Made by a program: the position numbers and the translations under genes. The notes beneath the pieces were generated by a model. That model made no database searches and was not told the origin of the DNA. It saw nothing but the letters and a program-made list of their open reading frames with translations. From Spirochaetia bacterium (lineage in GTDB: Bacteria > Spirochaetota > Spirochaetia > SZUA-6 > Bin103), in assembly GCA_965199955.1 (NCBI GenBank), contig CBDATQ010000001.1:1760001-1824000 (forward strand): a stretch of 64,000 nt of DNA, read 5' to 3'. Below, piece after piece: positions 52,203 through 64,000 of the stretch (the stretch's first letter is position 1; each line of letters begins with the position of its first letter).

Positions 52203-53207
52203 ATGAGCCCGCATCCCGCGTCGACGTCCGCGATTGTCTTTCCGGCCGCGGACAAGGTGGAATTGCGTGAGGTTCCGCTGCCGCCGCTTGACCCAGGCGA
52301 CGTGCTGGTCGAGGTCGAGCACACGACGATCAGCGCCGGCACCGAGCTGCACTGTCTGCACGGGACGATCCGCCTGGGCGCAGGCACCGTCCGCTTTCCG
52401 TTCACGCCCGGCTACCAGGCGGCCGGCCGCGTGCGCGCCGTGGGCGATGCCGTGACCGAACTCGCGGTGGGGGACCGGGTGTTCAGTGCCCGCAGCAAGC
52501 AGCCGCCGGGATGGCAGGGCGGCTGGTGGGCCGGTCACTGCGCCTGGCACGCCGCGGCGGCGGCCGACGTGATTTCCCTGCCGGCCGCTGTCGACACGCG
52601 CAGCGCCTCGGCCCTGCTGCTGGCGCAGGTGGGCTACAACGGCGGCACGCGGCCGCCGGTGGCCGCCGGCGACGCCGCGCTGGTCATCGGCGACGGGCTG
52701 GTGGGACAGTGGGCGGCGCAGGTGCTGCGCCACCGCGGAGCGCGGGTGATGCTGGCCGGCCACCGCCGCCGGCGGCTGGAGATCGCGGCCGAGCACAGCG
52801 CCGACGAGGTGGTCGATACCCATGCCGAGGACCTCGGCGAGCGGGTCCGGAGCCGCGTCCCGGCAGGCCTCCGCATCGCGGCGGAGACCACGGGGAAGAC
52901 CGATCTCATCCGCGACGCTGCAGCCCTGCTGGTACACGACGGTCATCTTGTCGTCCTGGGTTACTATTCGCCGGGCGCCTGCGAGGTTGACATCCACTGG
53001 CTGCGGGCGGGAGAGACCACGACCCACTTCCCGAACGGCCAGCGGCGTGACCGGATGGAGCGGACGCTCGCCCTGATCGAGCAGGGAGTGGTGAAGGTGG
53101 ACGAACTGGTCACCCATCGCTTCGCGCCGGAGGATGCCGCGGCCGCCTACCGGATGCTGCAGCACGACGGGAACGTGCTGGGAGTGGCGATCGATTGGAG
53201 CCGATAA
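52203..53207 (+). CDS. Medium-chain (zinc-binding-type) dehydrogenase
   Basis: ISAGTE, PFTPGY..AG, IGDGLVG, LVTHRF. Confidence 0.85.
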   Translation: MSPHPASTSAIVFPAADKVELREVPLPPLDPGDVLVEVEHTTISAGTELHCLHGTIRLGAGTVRFPFTPGYQAAGRVRAVGDAVTELAVGDRVFSARSKQPPGWQGGWWAGHCAWHAAAAADVISLPAAVDTRSASALLLAQVGYNGGTRPPVAAGDAALVIGDGLVGQWAAQVLRHRGARVMLAGHRRRRLEIAAEHSADEVVDTHAEDLGERVRSRVPAGLRIAAETTGKTDLIRDAAALLVHDGHLVVLGYYSPGACEVDIHWLRAGETTTHFPNGQRRDRMERTLALIEQGVVKVDELVTHRFAPEDAAAAYRMLQHDGNVLGVAIDWSR

Positions 53208-53220
53208 AGAGATACGACGG

Positions 53221-53955
53221 ATGCAGGTGGAACCGACGAGCGCTGACAAGGCCGAGATCGAGCGGCTGAACGCCGTCGCCGACGGCGGCGCGGAGGCGTT
53301 GCTGCGCGCCTTGGTCGAGCGCCATGGCCGCGCCGTGAAGCTGGCCTCCTCGCTGGGCGCGGAGGACCAAGTGCTGAGCCACATGCTGCTCGGCATCGAC
53401 CCGCACGCATCCATCTTCGTGCTGGACACCGGACGCCTGCACCAGGAGACCTACGACCTGATGGCGCGCATGATGAGCCGCTACCGCATGCACTACGAGG
53501 TGCTGTTCCCGGCGTCCGGCGCCGTGCAGGAGATGGTGCGCGACGCCGGCCCCAACCTCTTCTACGAGAGCGTGGAGCAGCGCCACCGCTGCTGCGGCGT
53601 CCGCAAGGTGGAGCCGCTGCGCCGCGCGCTCGCAGGCGCCGCGGCATGGGTCACCGGGCTGCGCCGCGCGCAGAGCCCGGACCGCGCTGGCACGCCGTTC
53701 GTGGAGTGGGACTCCGCGCACGGCGCGATCAAGGCCAGTCCGCTGGCCGAATGGGCTGACGAACAGGTGTGGGACTACCTGCGCGCCCACGACGTGCCCT
53801 CCAATGTCCTGCACGACCGCGGCTTCCTGAGCATCGGCTGCGCTCCCTGCACGCGCGCCGTCGAGCCGGGCGAGGACCCCCGCGCCGGGCGCTGGTGGTG
53901 GGAGCAGGACGCGGTCAAGGAGTGCGGGCTGCACGTTGCCCCAGATGCCGTATGA
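53221..53955 (+). CDS. cysH: APS/PAPS reductase (4Fe-4S APS-type motifs)
   Basis: LDTGRLHQETY, CCGVRKVEPL, SIGCAPCT, RAGRWWWE, ECGLH. Confidence 0.92.
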   Translation: MQVEPTSADKAEIERLNAVADGGAEALLRALVERHGRAVKLASSLGAEDQVLSHMLLGIDPHASIFVLDTGRLHQETYDLMARMMSRYRMHYEVLFPASGAVQEMVRDAGPNLFYESVEQRHRCCGVRKVEPLRRALAGAAAWVTGLRRAQSPDRAGTPFVEWDSAHGAIKASPLAEWADEQVWDYLRAHDVPSNVLHDRGFLSIGCAPCTRAVEPGEDPRAGRWWWEQDAVKECGLHVAPDAV

Positions 53956-53979
53956 GGGCCGCCTCGTGACGCCGCCCCG

Positions 53980-54860
<881 letters not shown>

Positions 54861-54861
<1 letters not shown>

Positions 54862-56744
54862 TGGCACGTCCCGTTCCCGAGCCCGCCGCCGCACTCGCCA
54901 CCGGCACCACGGCGCCCCCGCCGGCCGAGCTGGCCGCGATGAACATCGTCATCGTCGGCCACGTCGACCACGGCAAGAGCACGGTGGTGGGCCGCCTGCT
55001 GCACGACACCGGCTCGCTCCCGGACGGCAGGATCGAGCAGGTGCGCCGCAACTGCGAGCGCTCCGGCAAGCCATTCGAGTACGCGTTTCTGATCGACGCC
55101 CTCCGCGACGAGCAGGCGCAGGGCATCACCATCGACGCCGCGCGGGTGTTCTTCCGCTCGGCGCGCCGCCGCTACATCATCATCGACGCGCCCGGCCACG
55201 TGGAGTTCCTGAAGAACATGATCTCCGGCGCCGCCCGCGCCGAGGCCGCGGTCCTGGTGATCGACGCCCGCGAAGGAGTGCGCGAGAACTCCCGCCGCCA
55301 CGGCTTCATGACCGCGATGCTCGGCATCCGGCAGATCCTGGTGGTGGTCAACAAGATGGACCTGGTCGGCTACGACCAGGCGGTGTTCGAGGCCATTCAC
55401 GAGGAGTATGCGGCATTCCTCGCCGACATCCAGGCCACGCCGCTCGGATTCGTGCCGGTGAGCGGACGCCACGGCGACAATCTCGTGACGGCCTCGCCGC
55501 GTACCCCCTGGTACGACGGACCGCCGCTGCTGGATCGGATCGACGTCCTGGACTCCGCCGGCCCGGAGACCGAGCAGGCGCTGCGGTTGCCGGTGCAGGA
55601 CGTCTACAAGTTCCCGGTGCGGGGGGACGACGCGCGCATCATCGCCGGCACCATCACCAGCGGGACGGTGGCCGTCGGCGACGCGGTGGAGTTCCTGCCG
55701 TCGCGCAAGCGGTCGCGGGTGCGCAGCATCGAAGGTTTCAACATCCCCCGGACGCGCGAGGCGGTGGCCGGCTCCGCCACCGGCATCACCTTGGCCGAGG
55801 AGCTGTACGTGCGGCCGGGAGAGGTGATGTACCGGGAAGGCGAAGCGCCGCCGCGGGTGGGCACCACCTTTCGCGCCAACCTGTTCTGGCTGGACCGCAA
55901 CCCGTTGGTGCGCGGCCGGCGCTACCTGCTGAAGCTGGCCAGCACGCGGGTGACCGTGCACGTGAAGGAGATCGTGCAGGTTCTCGACGCCGACACCCTG
56001 GAGCGCAGCGGCGCCAAGCAGCACGTCGGCCGCCACGAGGTGGCCGAATGCGTGCTGGAGACCCACAAGCCGATCGCCTTCGACCTCGGTATCGACGCCG
56101 ACCTGGTCGCCACCGGCCGCTTCGTGCTGGTCGACCAGTACGAGATCGCCGGCGGCGGCATCATCACCGAGTACCTGTCCAACCTGAGCGAGTCGCTGCG
56201 CGAGCACGTCCGGCGCCGCGACTACGCATGGGTGAACGGCGCCGTCTCGGGCGGCGAGCGCGCCGACCGTTACGGCCAGGAGCCGCGGCTGGTGGTGCTC
56301 ACCGGCTCGCTGCACCCGCTGCTGGTCCGGGTTGCGCGCGACGTGGAGCGGGAGCTGTTTCAGGGCGGCAGCAACGTCTACTACTTCGGGCTCTCGAACC
56401 TCGCCGGCGGGCTGGACGCCGACGTCGAGCGGGAGCAGCAGTCGTCCAGCGGTGAGACCCGCGACGAGAACATCCGCCATCTCGGCGAGATCGCCCACTT
56501 CCTGACCGACTCCGGACAGATCGTGATCACGACGGTCGCCGACCTGGACGTCTACGAGGCGGAGACGCTGCGCATTCTCAATCAGCCCAACGACATCCTG
56601 ATTGTTCGCATGGGCGAGGACCTGCACGGCGTGCAGGCCGACCTGGTCCTGCCGCCGGAGCTGTCCCCGGAGGACGCGGCGGCGGCGGTGTGTCGTAAGC
56701 TGCGCGCGGAAGACCTTGTCGAAGGCGAGGAGGCAGGCGCATGA
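54861..56744 (+). CDS. cysN: Sulfate adenylyltransferase subunit 1 with a degenerate C-terminal APS-kinase-like domain
   Basis: GHVDHGKST, QGITID, DAPGH, NKMD, TGRFVLVD; C-terminal RDENIRHLGEIA is CysC-like but has no P-loop. Confidence 0.92.
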
Positions 56745-57784
56745 GACTGAAGGTGGGCATGATCGGCTGCGGACGGATCGCCAGCACCATCGACGACGAA
56801 CGGACGCCGGAGTGGCGCGGCGGGAGCGTACGGCCGCTCGCCCATGCCGGCGGCTACGCGGAAACCACGGACGTGACCGAGATGGTCGCGGCCTGTGACG
56901 TCGACGAGGCGAAGTTGCAGGAGTTCCAGCGCCGCTGGAGCGTACCGCGCGGCTATCGGGACTTCCGGGAGCTGATCGACAACGAGAAGCCGGACATCCT
57001 GAGCATCTGCACGCGGCCGGAGCAGCACCTGGAGGCGATGGTCTACGGCGCCGAGCACGGCGTGAAGGGCATGTTCGCGGAGAAGCCGCTGTGCTGCACC
57101 CTGCGCGAGGCTGACGCCATCCGGGAAGCGTTCGAGCGCTCCGGGACGATGCTGGAGTTCGGCCCGCCGCGGCGCAACTGGGCGGCCTACCAGCAGGCGC
57201 GGGCGATCGCGGCAAGCGGTGACCTGGGGCGGCTGCAGCTCGTGGTGGGCTTCTGGGGCAACAGCGTGGGCGGCCACGGGCTGGACACGATGCTGTACCT
57301 GGCGGGCGATCCGGAGGAGGTCACCTCGATCCGCGGTACGCTGGACACGCTCAACCCGGCGCCGGGAGACACCTCGCACATGCACTTCGTCAAGGACACA
57401 CAGATCCGCAGCGCGCTGATCGAGTTCGCCGACGGCCCTGACATCGCCGTGGCCGGCACCGGCAACCTGGAGTTCGAGCTGGTCTGCGAGGACGGCCTGA
57501 TCCGTGTCCTCAACGACGGCGAGGAGCTTGCGGTGCGCAGCAAGGAGGCGCGCTCGGGCTTCGACCCGGTCCCCGTGGAGCCGCTCGAGCACTGGAGCGG
57601 TACGGTGCGCAAGATCCGCGACCTGGTGCAGGCCATCCGCACGGGTGAGCCGACCGTGAGCAACCTGTGGATCGCCATGCTCTCCACCGAGATAGGCTTC
57701 GGCCTCTACGAGTCGCACCTGCGCGGCGGCACCGCCGTGCGCCCCCCAATCCCCAACCGCGACCGCATCGTATCGAGCTGGTAG
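56741..57784 (+). CDS. Gfo/Idh/MocA oxidoreductase
   Basis: IGCGRIA, KPDILSICT, FAEKP; ATGA overlap with cysN. Confidence 0.88.
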   Translation: MRLKVGMIGCGRIASTIDDERTPEWRGGSVRPLAHAGGYAETTDVTEMVAACDVDEAKLQEFQRRWSVPRGYRDFRELIDNEKPDILSICTRPEQHLEAMVYGAEHGVKGMFAEKPLCCTLREADAIREAFERSGTMLEFGPPRRNWAAYQQARAIAASGDLGRLQLVVGFWGNSVGGHGLDTMLYLAGDPEEVTSIRGTLDTLNPAPGDTSHMHFVKDTQIRSALIEFADGPDIAVAGTGNLEFELVCEDGLIRVLNDGEELAVRSKEARSGFDPVPVEPLEHWSGTVRKIRDLVQAIRTGEPTVSNLWIAMLSTEIGFGLYESHLRGGTAVRPPIPNRDRIVSSW

Positions 57785-57795
57785 GACCTGCGCCA

Positions 57796-57888
57796 AAGGC
57801 CGGCAGCAAGCACTGGTCGGCCGTGATCGCCTATCGAGATCAGAGGCGGAGGATCATATCGGTGCGCAGATCACACGAGGAGGAAGTC
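57796..57888 (+). pseudogene. C-terminal remnant of a BrnT (DUF497) toxin
   Basis: KHWSAVIAYRDQRRRIISVRRSHEEEV contains the BrnT RIIS.R motif; no start codon and no antitoxin. Confidence 0.55.
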
Positions 57889-58017
57889 TGCGCGCAACCA
57901 TTCTTGCGCATAGATTCGCATCCGCCAGTCTCTCGGGCAGGGACGCCGGTCGGGACCGACTCTACGCAGTTGCGGCCGGATCGGTCTGTCCCCCGCATCG
58001 CCGTGTACTCTCCCTTC

Positions 58018-58458
58018 ATGAAGCCCACGTTCACCATTGGCGTGTTCGCGATCATCCACGACGGCGATCGCCGGGTGTTGCTGTGTCATCGTCGCGACCA
58101 CGATCTCTGGAACCTGCCCGGCGGGGCGCTGGAGCACGGCGAAGCGCCGTGGGACGGGGTGATCCGTGAGGTCAGGGAAGAGACCGGGCTCGACGTCGAG
58201 GTCTCCAGCCTGATCGGGGTCTACAGCAAGCCCGAGGCCGACGACCTGGTGTTCTCGTTCCTCTGCCGGCGGACAGGCGGCGACATCGCGCTGAGCGACG
58301 AGGCGGACCGGATCGAGTTCTTCCGCGCCGATGAGCTGCCGCCGAACACGATCCCCAAGCAGGTCGAGCGGATCGCCGACTCCTTCCGCGCAACGGCACC
58401 GCCCGTCTGCCGCGTGCAGACAGGCGCGTCGTCGATCTGCGCGGGCTGTACGGCGTGA
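58018..58458 (+). CDS. NUDIX hydrolase
   Basis: WNLPGGALEHGEAPWDGVIREVREETG Nudix box. Confidence 0.9.
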   Translation: MKPTFTIGVFAIIHDGDRRVLLCHRRDHDLWNLPGGALEHGEAPWDGVIREVREETGLDVEVSSLIGVYSKPEADDLVFSFLCRRTGGDIALSDEADRIEFFRADELPPNTIPKQVERIADSFRATAPPVCRVQTGASSICAGCTA

Positions 58459-58548
58459 TGTACTTCGCGGCTTTGGGGTACGAGATCGTCGTGGAGGAGT
58501 CGAGCAGCCACGGCCGGCTGGACATGGCGGTGCGGGCCGGCGGGCACT
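58455..58548 (+). pseudogene. Remnant of a PD-(D/E)XK nuclease domain (AAA-ATPase-like/PDDEXK_9 type)
   Basis: YFAALGYEIVVEESSSHGRLDMAV resembles the E....GR.D core; the E.K part is lost. Confidence 0.55.
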
Positions 58549-58556
58549 CGCTTCGC

Positions 58557-61256
58557 TCACTCGCAGTGCTCGGAACCGGCCAGCTTGGCGCCCGACTGCT
58601 GGATCAGCTTGGCCACCAGCCCGGTCCACCCCGTCTGGTGGCCGGCTCCCAGGCCGGATCCGTCGTCGCCGTGAAAATACTCCGGGAACAGCAGCAGGTC
58701 GCGCCAATGCGGATCGCGTTGGAACGGACTGCGGGCGCCATGCAGCGGGCGCCTGCCCTCGCCGTCGGCCAGGAACAGGCGGATCAGGCGGCATGACAGG
58801 TCGGTGGCGACCTCCTCCAGGTTCATCCAGCGCCCCGAGCCGGTCGGGCACTCCACCTTCAGGTCATCCCCGTAGTAGTGGTGGAACCTCTGCAGGGACT
58901 CGATGATCAGGTAGTTGATCGGGAACCAGATCGGGCCGCGCCAGTTGGAGTTGCCGCCGAACAGGCCGCTGGTCGATTCCGCCGGCTGGTACTCCACCGT
59001 GTGCGCCTGCCCGTCCAGGTGGAAGGTGTACGGCTGCGCCCGGTGGAACTTCGAGACCGAGCGGATGCCGTACTCGGAGAGGAACTCCTGCTCGTTGAGC
59101 ATGACCTTGAGCACCCGCAGCAACCGCTCGCGGGTCAGGATCGACAGCAGCCGCCGCCGGCCCACGCCGGGCACGTCCACGCTGGCCATGTTGCCGGCCA
59201 GGTGCGGGCGGTTGTGCACGAACCAATGCAGGCGGCGGTCGAAGACCTCCAGGTCGTCGATCATGTCGGGCTCGATCGTTTCGACCGCGAACAGCGGCAG
59301 CAGGCCCACCAGCGAGCGCACCTTGAGGGTCTGGGTGCGGCCGTCGGGCAGGTGCAGGGTGTCGTAGAAGAACCCGTCGGCGTGGTCCCAGAGGCTGTGA
59401 CCGTGATGGCCGCCCTCGGTCATGGCATGGGCGATGCGCAGGAAGTGCTCGAACAGCTTGGTCGCGGTGTGCTCGTAGACGCGGTTCCGCCGCGCCAGCT
59501 CCAGGGAGATCTTCAGCAGCGTCAGGCAGTAGGCGCCCATCCAGGCGGTGCCGTCCGACTGGTCGATGTGGCCGCCGGTAGGCAGCACTGCGCTGCGGTC
59601 GAACACGCTGATGTTGTCCATCCCCAGGAAGCCGCCCTGGAACACGTTGTTGCCGTCCTCGTCCTTGCGGTTGACCCACCACGTGAAGTTCAGCAGCAGC
59701 TTGTGGAACACCCCTTCCAGAAACGCGTGGTCGGGACTGCCCGTGGCGTGGCCGTCGATCTTGTAGACCCGCCACGCGGCCCACGCGTGCACCGGCGGGT
59801 TGACGTCATCGAACGCCCACTCGTAGGCCGGGAGCTGGCCGTTGGGGTGCATGTACCACTCGCGGGTCATCAGCTCCAACTGCCGCTTGGCGAAGTCGGC
59901 GTCGACCAGGGCCAGCGGGATGCAGTGGAACGCCAGATCCCAGGTGGCGTACCACGGGTACTCCCACTTGTCGGGCATCGAGATGACGTCGAAGTTGGTC
60001 AGGTGAGCCCAGTCCCGGTTCCGTCCCCGCCGGCGGTCGGCCGGCGGCGGGGCTGCGGCGGGATCTCCTCCGAGCCACTGCTCGACGTCGTAGTAGTAGA
60101 GCTGCTTCGACCAGAGCATGCCGGCGAGCGCCTGCCGCTGCACGTTGCGCTCGTCTGGGCTGAGGCCCGGGCAGTGCATGGCGGCGTAGAACTCGTCCGC
60201 TTCGGCACGGCGCTGTGCGAACGTCTCATCGAGGCGCTCGAACGGGTCGTCGTGCGCCGCACGGGCGAGGCGCAGGCAGCAGGTCGACGATCCGCCGGGC
60301 GGGATGCTCTGCCGGTAGAGCGCTGCCACCTTGGTTCCCAGGCCGTAGGGATTCACGGCGTCGGAGTCCCCATCGACCAGAAAGCGGTGGAAGGCGTCTT
60401 TCACGTACGGACTCGGGTTGGGGGTCCCGAACACGCGCACGGCGTTGGTCTCGTTCTCCGTGAACAGCAGCTCCGGCGCCGCGGCGGCATGTAGCACGTA
60501 CCGCCCGTCGGCCGGGTGATCGGCCTGCACCGCGGCGGCGCCGTCGGTCCCGCCCGGCTGATCGAGCCGGCGGAGCACCGGCTTGGCCGCGACGTCGTTC
60601 ATCGGGCCGGCCTCGTACCCCCAGCTCCAGGTGTTGCGGAACCACAGGGTGGGCAGCGTCCAGCAAGCCGCCTCCTCGGGGCCGCGGTTCAGCACCGTGA
60701 TGCGGATCAGGATGTCCTCCTGATCCGCCTTGGCGTACTCGACGCACACGTCGAAGTAGCGGTTCTCCGCGAAGGCGCCGGTGTCGAGCAGCTCGTACTC
60801 GGGATCGTGGTAGCCGCGCCGCTGCGACTCCGTCACCAGCTCCCGGTAGGGGAACGGGGCCTGCGGGTACTTGTAGAGCATCTTCATGTAGCTGTGCGTG
60901 GGCGTGCTGTCCAGGTAGAAGTAGCACTCCTTGACGTCCTCGCCGTGGTTGCCCTCGACGCCGGTCAGGCCGAACAGCCGCTCCTTGAGGATGGGGTCGT
61001 GTCCGTTCCACAGGGCGACGGCGAAGCACAGGTACTGGGAGCGGTCGCAGATGCCGGCCAGGCCGTCCTCGTTCCAGCGGTACGCGCGGCTGGGGGCGTG
61101 ATCGTGCGGAAAGTAGTCCCACGCCGCGCCGTGAGCGCTGTAGTCTTCGCGTACCGTGCCCCACGCCCGTTCGCTGAGGTATGGCCCCCACTGCTTCCAG
61201 TTGGCCGTGCGCGCCTGATGGGCCGCGAGCCGCGCGTGTTCCGCCGTTCCATTCAC
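58557..61256 (-). CDS. MGH1/GH63-like glucosidase
   Basis: [62 protein letters not shown]. Confidence 0.88.
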   Translation of the reverse strand: MNGTAEHARLAAHQARTANWKQWGPYLSERAWGTVREDYSAHGAAWDYFPHDHAPSRAYRWNEDGLAGICDRSQYLCFAVALWNGHDPILKERLFGLTGVEGNHGEDVKECYFYLDSTPTHSYMKMLYKYPQAPFPYRELVTESQRRGYHDPEYELLDTGAFAENRYFDVCVEYAKADQEDILIRITVLNRGPEEAACWTLPTLWFRNTWSWGYEAGPMNDVAAKPVLRRLDQPGGTDGAAAVQADHPADGRYVLHAAAAPELLFTENETNAVRVFGTPNPSPYVKDAFHRFLVDGDSDAVNPYGLGTKVAALYRQSIPPGGSSTCCLRLARAAHDDPFERLDETFAQRRAEADEFYAAMHCPGLSPDERNVQRQALAGMLWSKQLYYYDVEQWLGGDPAAAPPPADRRRGRNRDWAHLTNFDVISMPDKWEYPWYATWDLAFHCIPLALVDADFAKRQLELMTREWYMHPNGQLPAYEWAFDDVNPPVHAWAAWRVYKIDGHATGSPDHAFLEGVFHKLLLNFTWWVNRKDEDGNNVFQGGFLGMDNISVFDRSAVLPTGGHIDQSDGTAWMGAYCLTLLKISLELARRNRVYEHTATKLFEHFLRIAHAMTEGGHHGHSLWDHADGFFYDTLHLPDGRTQTLKVRSLVGLLPLFAVETIEPDMIDDLEVFDRRLHWFVHNRPHLAGNMASVDVPGVGRRRLLSILTRERLLRVLKVMLNEQEFLSEYGIRSVSKFHRAQPYTFHLDGQAHTVEYQPAESTSGLFGGNSNWRGPIWFPINYLIIESLQRFHHYYGDDLKVECPTGSGRWMNLEEVATDLSCRLIRLFLADGEGRRPLHGARSPFQRDPHWRDLLLFPEYFHGDDGSGLGAGHQTGWTGLVAKLIQQSGAKLAGSEHCE

Positions 61257-61278
61257 AATCGTGGTGGCCCCTCCCGAG

Positions 61279-61926
61279 CTAGTCCCACATCCGGAAGCCG
61301 CCCACGAACGCATTCTCGTTCGGGCAGATGAAGGTATCCGCGGGCAGCTTCTTGAGGAGCGCGGCATTGCCGCCGCCCAGGACGACGTAATCGGAGACCA
61401 GCGCGGCGCGCAGACAGTCGACGACGGCCGCCACTTCCCGGCGCCATTTCTTCTTTCCCAGGCGCTTCAGACCCCGCGCGCCGACGTAGTCTTCGAAGGT
61501 CATCTTCTTCTTGTACGGAAGATGGGCCAGTTCCATCGGCAGTACGGCGCCGGCCAGGACCATGGCCGAGCCCAGGCCGGTGCCCAGCCCCAGGAACAGC
61601 ATCCGTCCGCCGCGATAGCTGCCGAGCGCCTGCATCGCCGCGTCGTTGATCACCTTCACCGGGCGGTCGAACGCGGCCTCGAAATCGAACCCGACCCAGC
61701 CGCTGCCCAGGTTCTTCGGATCGCGCAGGATCGTGCCGTCCGACACCGGCCCCGGATAGCCGATGGAGACCGCGTCATAGTGCCGGTTGTGGGCGAGCGT
61801 CTTGACCGCCGCTACCATGTCCGCCGCCGTCATCTCCGGCCCCGACGGAACGGAGCGCCGCCGATCGTCGCCCGTGACCTTCACTTTCACGTTGCTGCCG
61901 CCGACATCGACGACGAGTACGTCCAT
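61279..61926 (-). CDS. ROK-family sugar kinase (polyphosphate glucokinase-like)
   Basis: [47 protein letters not shown]. Confidence 0.85.
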   Translation of the reverse strand: MDVLVVDVGGSNVKVKVTGDDRRRSVPSGPEMTAADMVAAVKTLAHNRHYDAVSIGYPGPVSDGTILRDPKNLGSGWVGFDFEAAFDRPVKVINDAAMQALGSYRGGRMLFLGLGTGLGSAMVLAGAVLPMELAHLPYKKKMTFEDYVGARGLKRLGKKKWRREVAAVVDCLRAALVSDYVVLGGGNAALLKKLPADTFICPNENAFVGGFRMWD

Positions 61927-61997
61927 TTCCGTGCCTGTTGGCCGTCGTTCCGACTCGGTTGAAGCGTTGCTGATGACGGAGCATCCTAGCGAGCACG

Positions 61998-63635
61998 GTG
62001 AAGGCATTGTCAAGCCGGGAGCCGTTCGCGTGGCGATCCGGGATGCACGGCCGGGTGGCCGACCGGGCGCGTCTCGGCGCCGGGGACCGGGCGGTGCTGT
62101 TCGCCTTCGACGATCACGCCATGCCGTGGCGCTACCGTGTGCGGCTACAGATGCACCGGCCGGAGAAGCACGCCGGCAACCCGATCCTGGCGCGGGGGCC
62201 GGCCGGCGCGGTCGATTCCCGGCGGTTGCAGTGCTGCCCGGTCGTGCACGACGGCGAGCGGTTCCGGATGTGGTACATCGCCCGCGACGACGGCGGCGCC
62301 GGACGCGGCCGTGCGGAAGGTGGCTACGCGGACGTCGATCCGGCGGTCGTGCACTCCTACGACACGGGCCGGATCTGCTACGCGGAGAGCGACGACGGGC
62401 TGACGTGGACCCGGCCCGAGCTGGGTCTGGTGGAGTACGGCGGCTCCCGACGCAACAACATCGTCGATCTGCCGCCGGGCTCCGGCAACATGGACATCCT
62501 GTATCAGCCGGACGCCCCCGCGGAGCGCCGTTACCTGATGGTCAACGAATACATGGCGTGGCGTCACCGGGCGGGCTCGGCCCTGGAACGGCCGTCCATC
62601 ACCCTGTTCGCGGCCAGCCCGGACGGCTTGCGCTGGACGATGCTGCGGGACGAGCCGGGCGCGATCGGCCAGCACTTCGAGTGCTCCTGCCTGTACCGGT
62701 ACCGCGGCAACTACCACGTGGCCGGCCACATCGGGCCGCCCATGGCGTACGCCCCGCTGCAGCGCCACCCCGCCATCTGGATGGTCGGCGCCAAGATGCT
62801 GGCGGTGTGGCGCTCGCCCACGGTCGACTCCTGGCCGCTGGAGATGTGCGTGGGCTTCTTCAAGCCGATGCAGTCGTCCTCGCCCTTCCGTACCGGCTGG
62901 GACCGGGAGGAGAACCACCTTGGCGCCTACGTCACTCCGTACCCGAACGTCTGCCTGGCGGTGACCGGCCAGTGGCACCACCGGATCACGGACGCGCCGC
63001 CGGAACATCCCGACTACCTGGCCGGGCAGGTCTCCGTCGACCTGGGGTTCGCCTACAGCGAGGACGGCGTCCACTTCCAGGAGCCGGCGCCCGGCTTCAC
63101 GTTCGTGCCGCGCGACCAGGAGATGGGCTGGGACCGCGACTTCCGCGGCAACAACACGGACGACCACCTGATCATGATCCAGGGGCCGATGGTCAACGCC
63201 GGCGAGGAGACCTTCATCTACTACACCGCGTTCACGCCCACCGGCGACTGCATGGAGGGGCGCAGCAACCTGGGCGTCGCGCGCATGCCGCGGGAGCGTT
63301 TCGGCAGCCTGGTCACCGTGGCGGACGCCGCGTTTGGACAGGTGGTGACGGCCGTGATCGGCGCGGGGCCTGAGACCTGGCTCGCGGCCAACGCCGCGGT
63401 CGAGCCGGGCGGCCACCTGCAGGCGGCCCTGCTGGACGCTGACGGGATCCGCGAGCTGCGCGGCTTTACGCTTGGCGACAGCGTTCCGATCCGTGAATCC
63501 GGATTCACGCAGCCGATCGCCTGGAAGGGCCGGCAGCGGCTCCCCGAGGGCGGTTTCCGGCTGCGCCTGCGCCTGACCGCGGCGCGCCTGTTCGCCGTGG
63601 AGCTGCACCGGGGAACCGTCGACACCTCCTCGTGA
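61998..63635 (+). CDS. Hypothetical glycoside-hydrolase-like beta-propeller protein
   Basis: KHAGNPIL, FRMWY, CYAESDDGLTWTRPELGLVEY, SPDGLRW, SEDGVHF. Confidence 0.55.
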   Translation: MKALSSREPFAWRSGMHGRVADRARLGAGDRAVLFAFDDHAMPWRYRVRLQMHRPEKHAGNPILARGPAGAVDSRRLQCCPVVHDGERFRMWYIARDDGGAGRGRAEGGYADVDPAVVHSYDTGRICYAESDDGLTWTRPELGLVEYGGSRRNNIVDLPPGSGNMDILYQPDAPAERRYLMVNEYMAWRHRAGSALERPSITLFAASPDGLRWTMLRDEPGAIGQHFECSCLYRYRGNYHVAGHIGPPMAYAPLQRHPAIWMVGAKMLAVWRSPTVDSWPLEMCVGFFKPMQSSSPFRTGWDREENHLGAYVTPYPNVCLAVTGQWHHRITDAPPEHPDYLAGQVSVDLGFAYSEDGVHFQEPAPGFTFVPRDQEMGWDRDFRGNNTDDHLIMIQGPMVNAGEETFIYYTAFTPTGDCMEGRSNLGVARMPRERFGSLVTVADAAFGQVVTAVIGAGPETWLAANAAVEPGGHLQAALLDADGIRELRGFTLGDSVPIRESGFTQPIAWKGRQRLPEGGFRLRLRLTAARLFAVELHRGTVDTSS

Positions 63636-64000
63636 GTGGCTTGAGGTGACCGTACCCCTCCGGATTGGGACGACCCGGCAACTGTTCGTCGAAGGCTTCA
63701 TCGTGTTCTACCTCGACCGCGCGCGTCTGTATTCGTTCATACAGGCAGGCGAGGGGGCTCCGGCAGACCGATAGCCGCGGGGCGCCACCGGACGATGATC
63801 GAGCTTCAGACCAATCCGGCGATCGGCGAGCGCGGCGTGGTCAGCGTGCGGCTGCCCGCGGGCGCCGGGCCGCATCCGGTCGTGGTGGGCATAGATTGTG
63901 AACAAAGCTCTCGAGGACGCGGCATGAACGGTTACGTGACTCCAGACGGCTGCCCATCGAGGATTTTCGCCACCACTCCTGTAGAGGAAATGACCCAGAC

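Noticed and set aside
57949..57965. GTAG-type REP element
   Set aside because: Only a 5-bp stem, single copy in the window, and no RAYT gene nearby

Overview
High-GC bacterial chromosomal window, possibly from a spirochaete, judging by the 'VFGSGEEEG' N-terminus of a binding protein (inference only). The first ~9 kb is a lower-GC island carrying a Gabija-like OLD nuclease + UvrD helicase pair. The pair is inactivated by a frameshift, an amber stop, a probable 39-bp insertion and an IS1634 element (1688-3677, 6-bp GCTAAA duplication). A degenerate IS66 (6636-9052, 8-bp CAAGATCG duplication) sits just upstream. The rest is mostly catabolic: three ABC importers, three Asp-box/sialidase-like proteins, other beta-propeller and TIM-barrel hydrolases, two DHDPS/NAL-family aldolases, hydantoinase A/B, a sulfatase, PhyH, NamZ, and a GH63-like glucosidase with a glucokinase. 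There is also a cysH-cysD-cysN(C) sulfate-activation operon and two toxin-antitoxin pairs (MNT-HEPN, HigBA). The most unusual items are an ArsR-ArsI/CadI in-frame fusion with an internal RBS, a perfect 36-bp palindrome, a collapsed IS/MITE-like footprint with flanking direct repeats, many short gene remnants, and a recurring TAnnnT box 6-9 nt before start codons that suggests leaderless mRNAs. No rRNA, tRNA or CRISPR array was seen. All product calls come from motif recognition by eye, not database searches, and I cannot show from sequence alone that any system here is truly undescribed.
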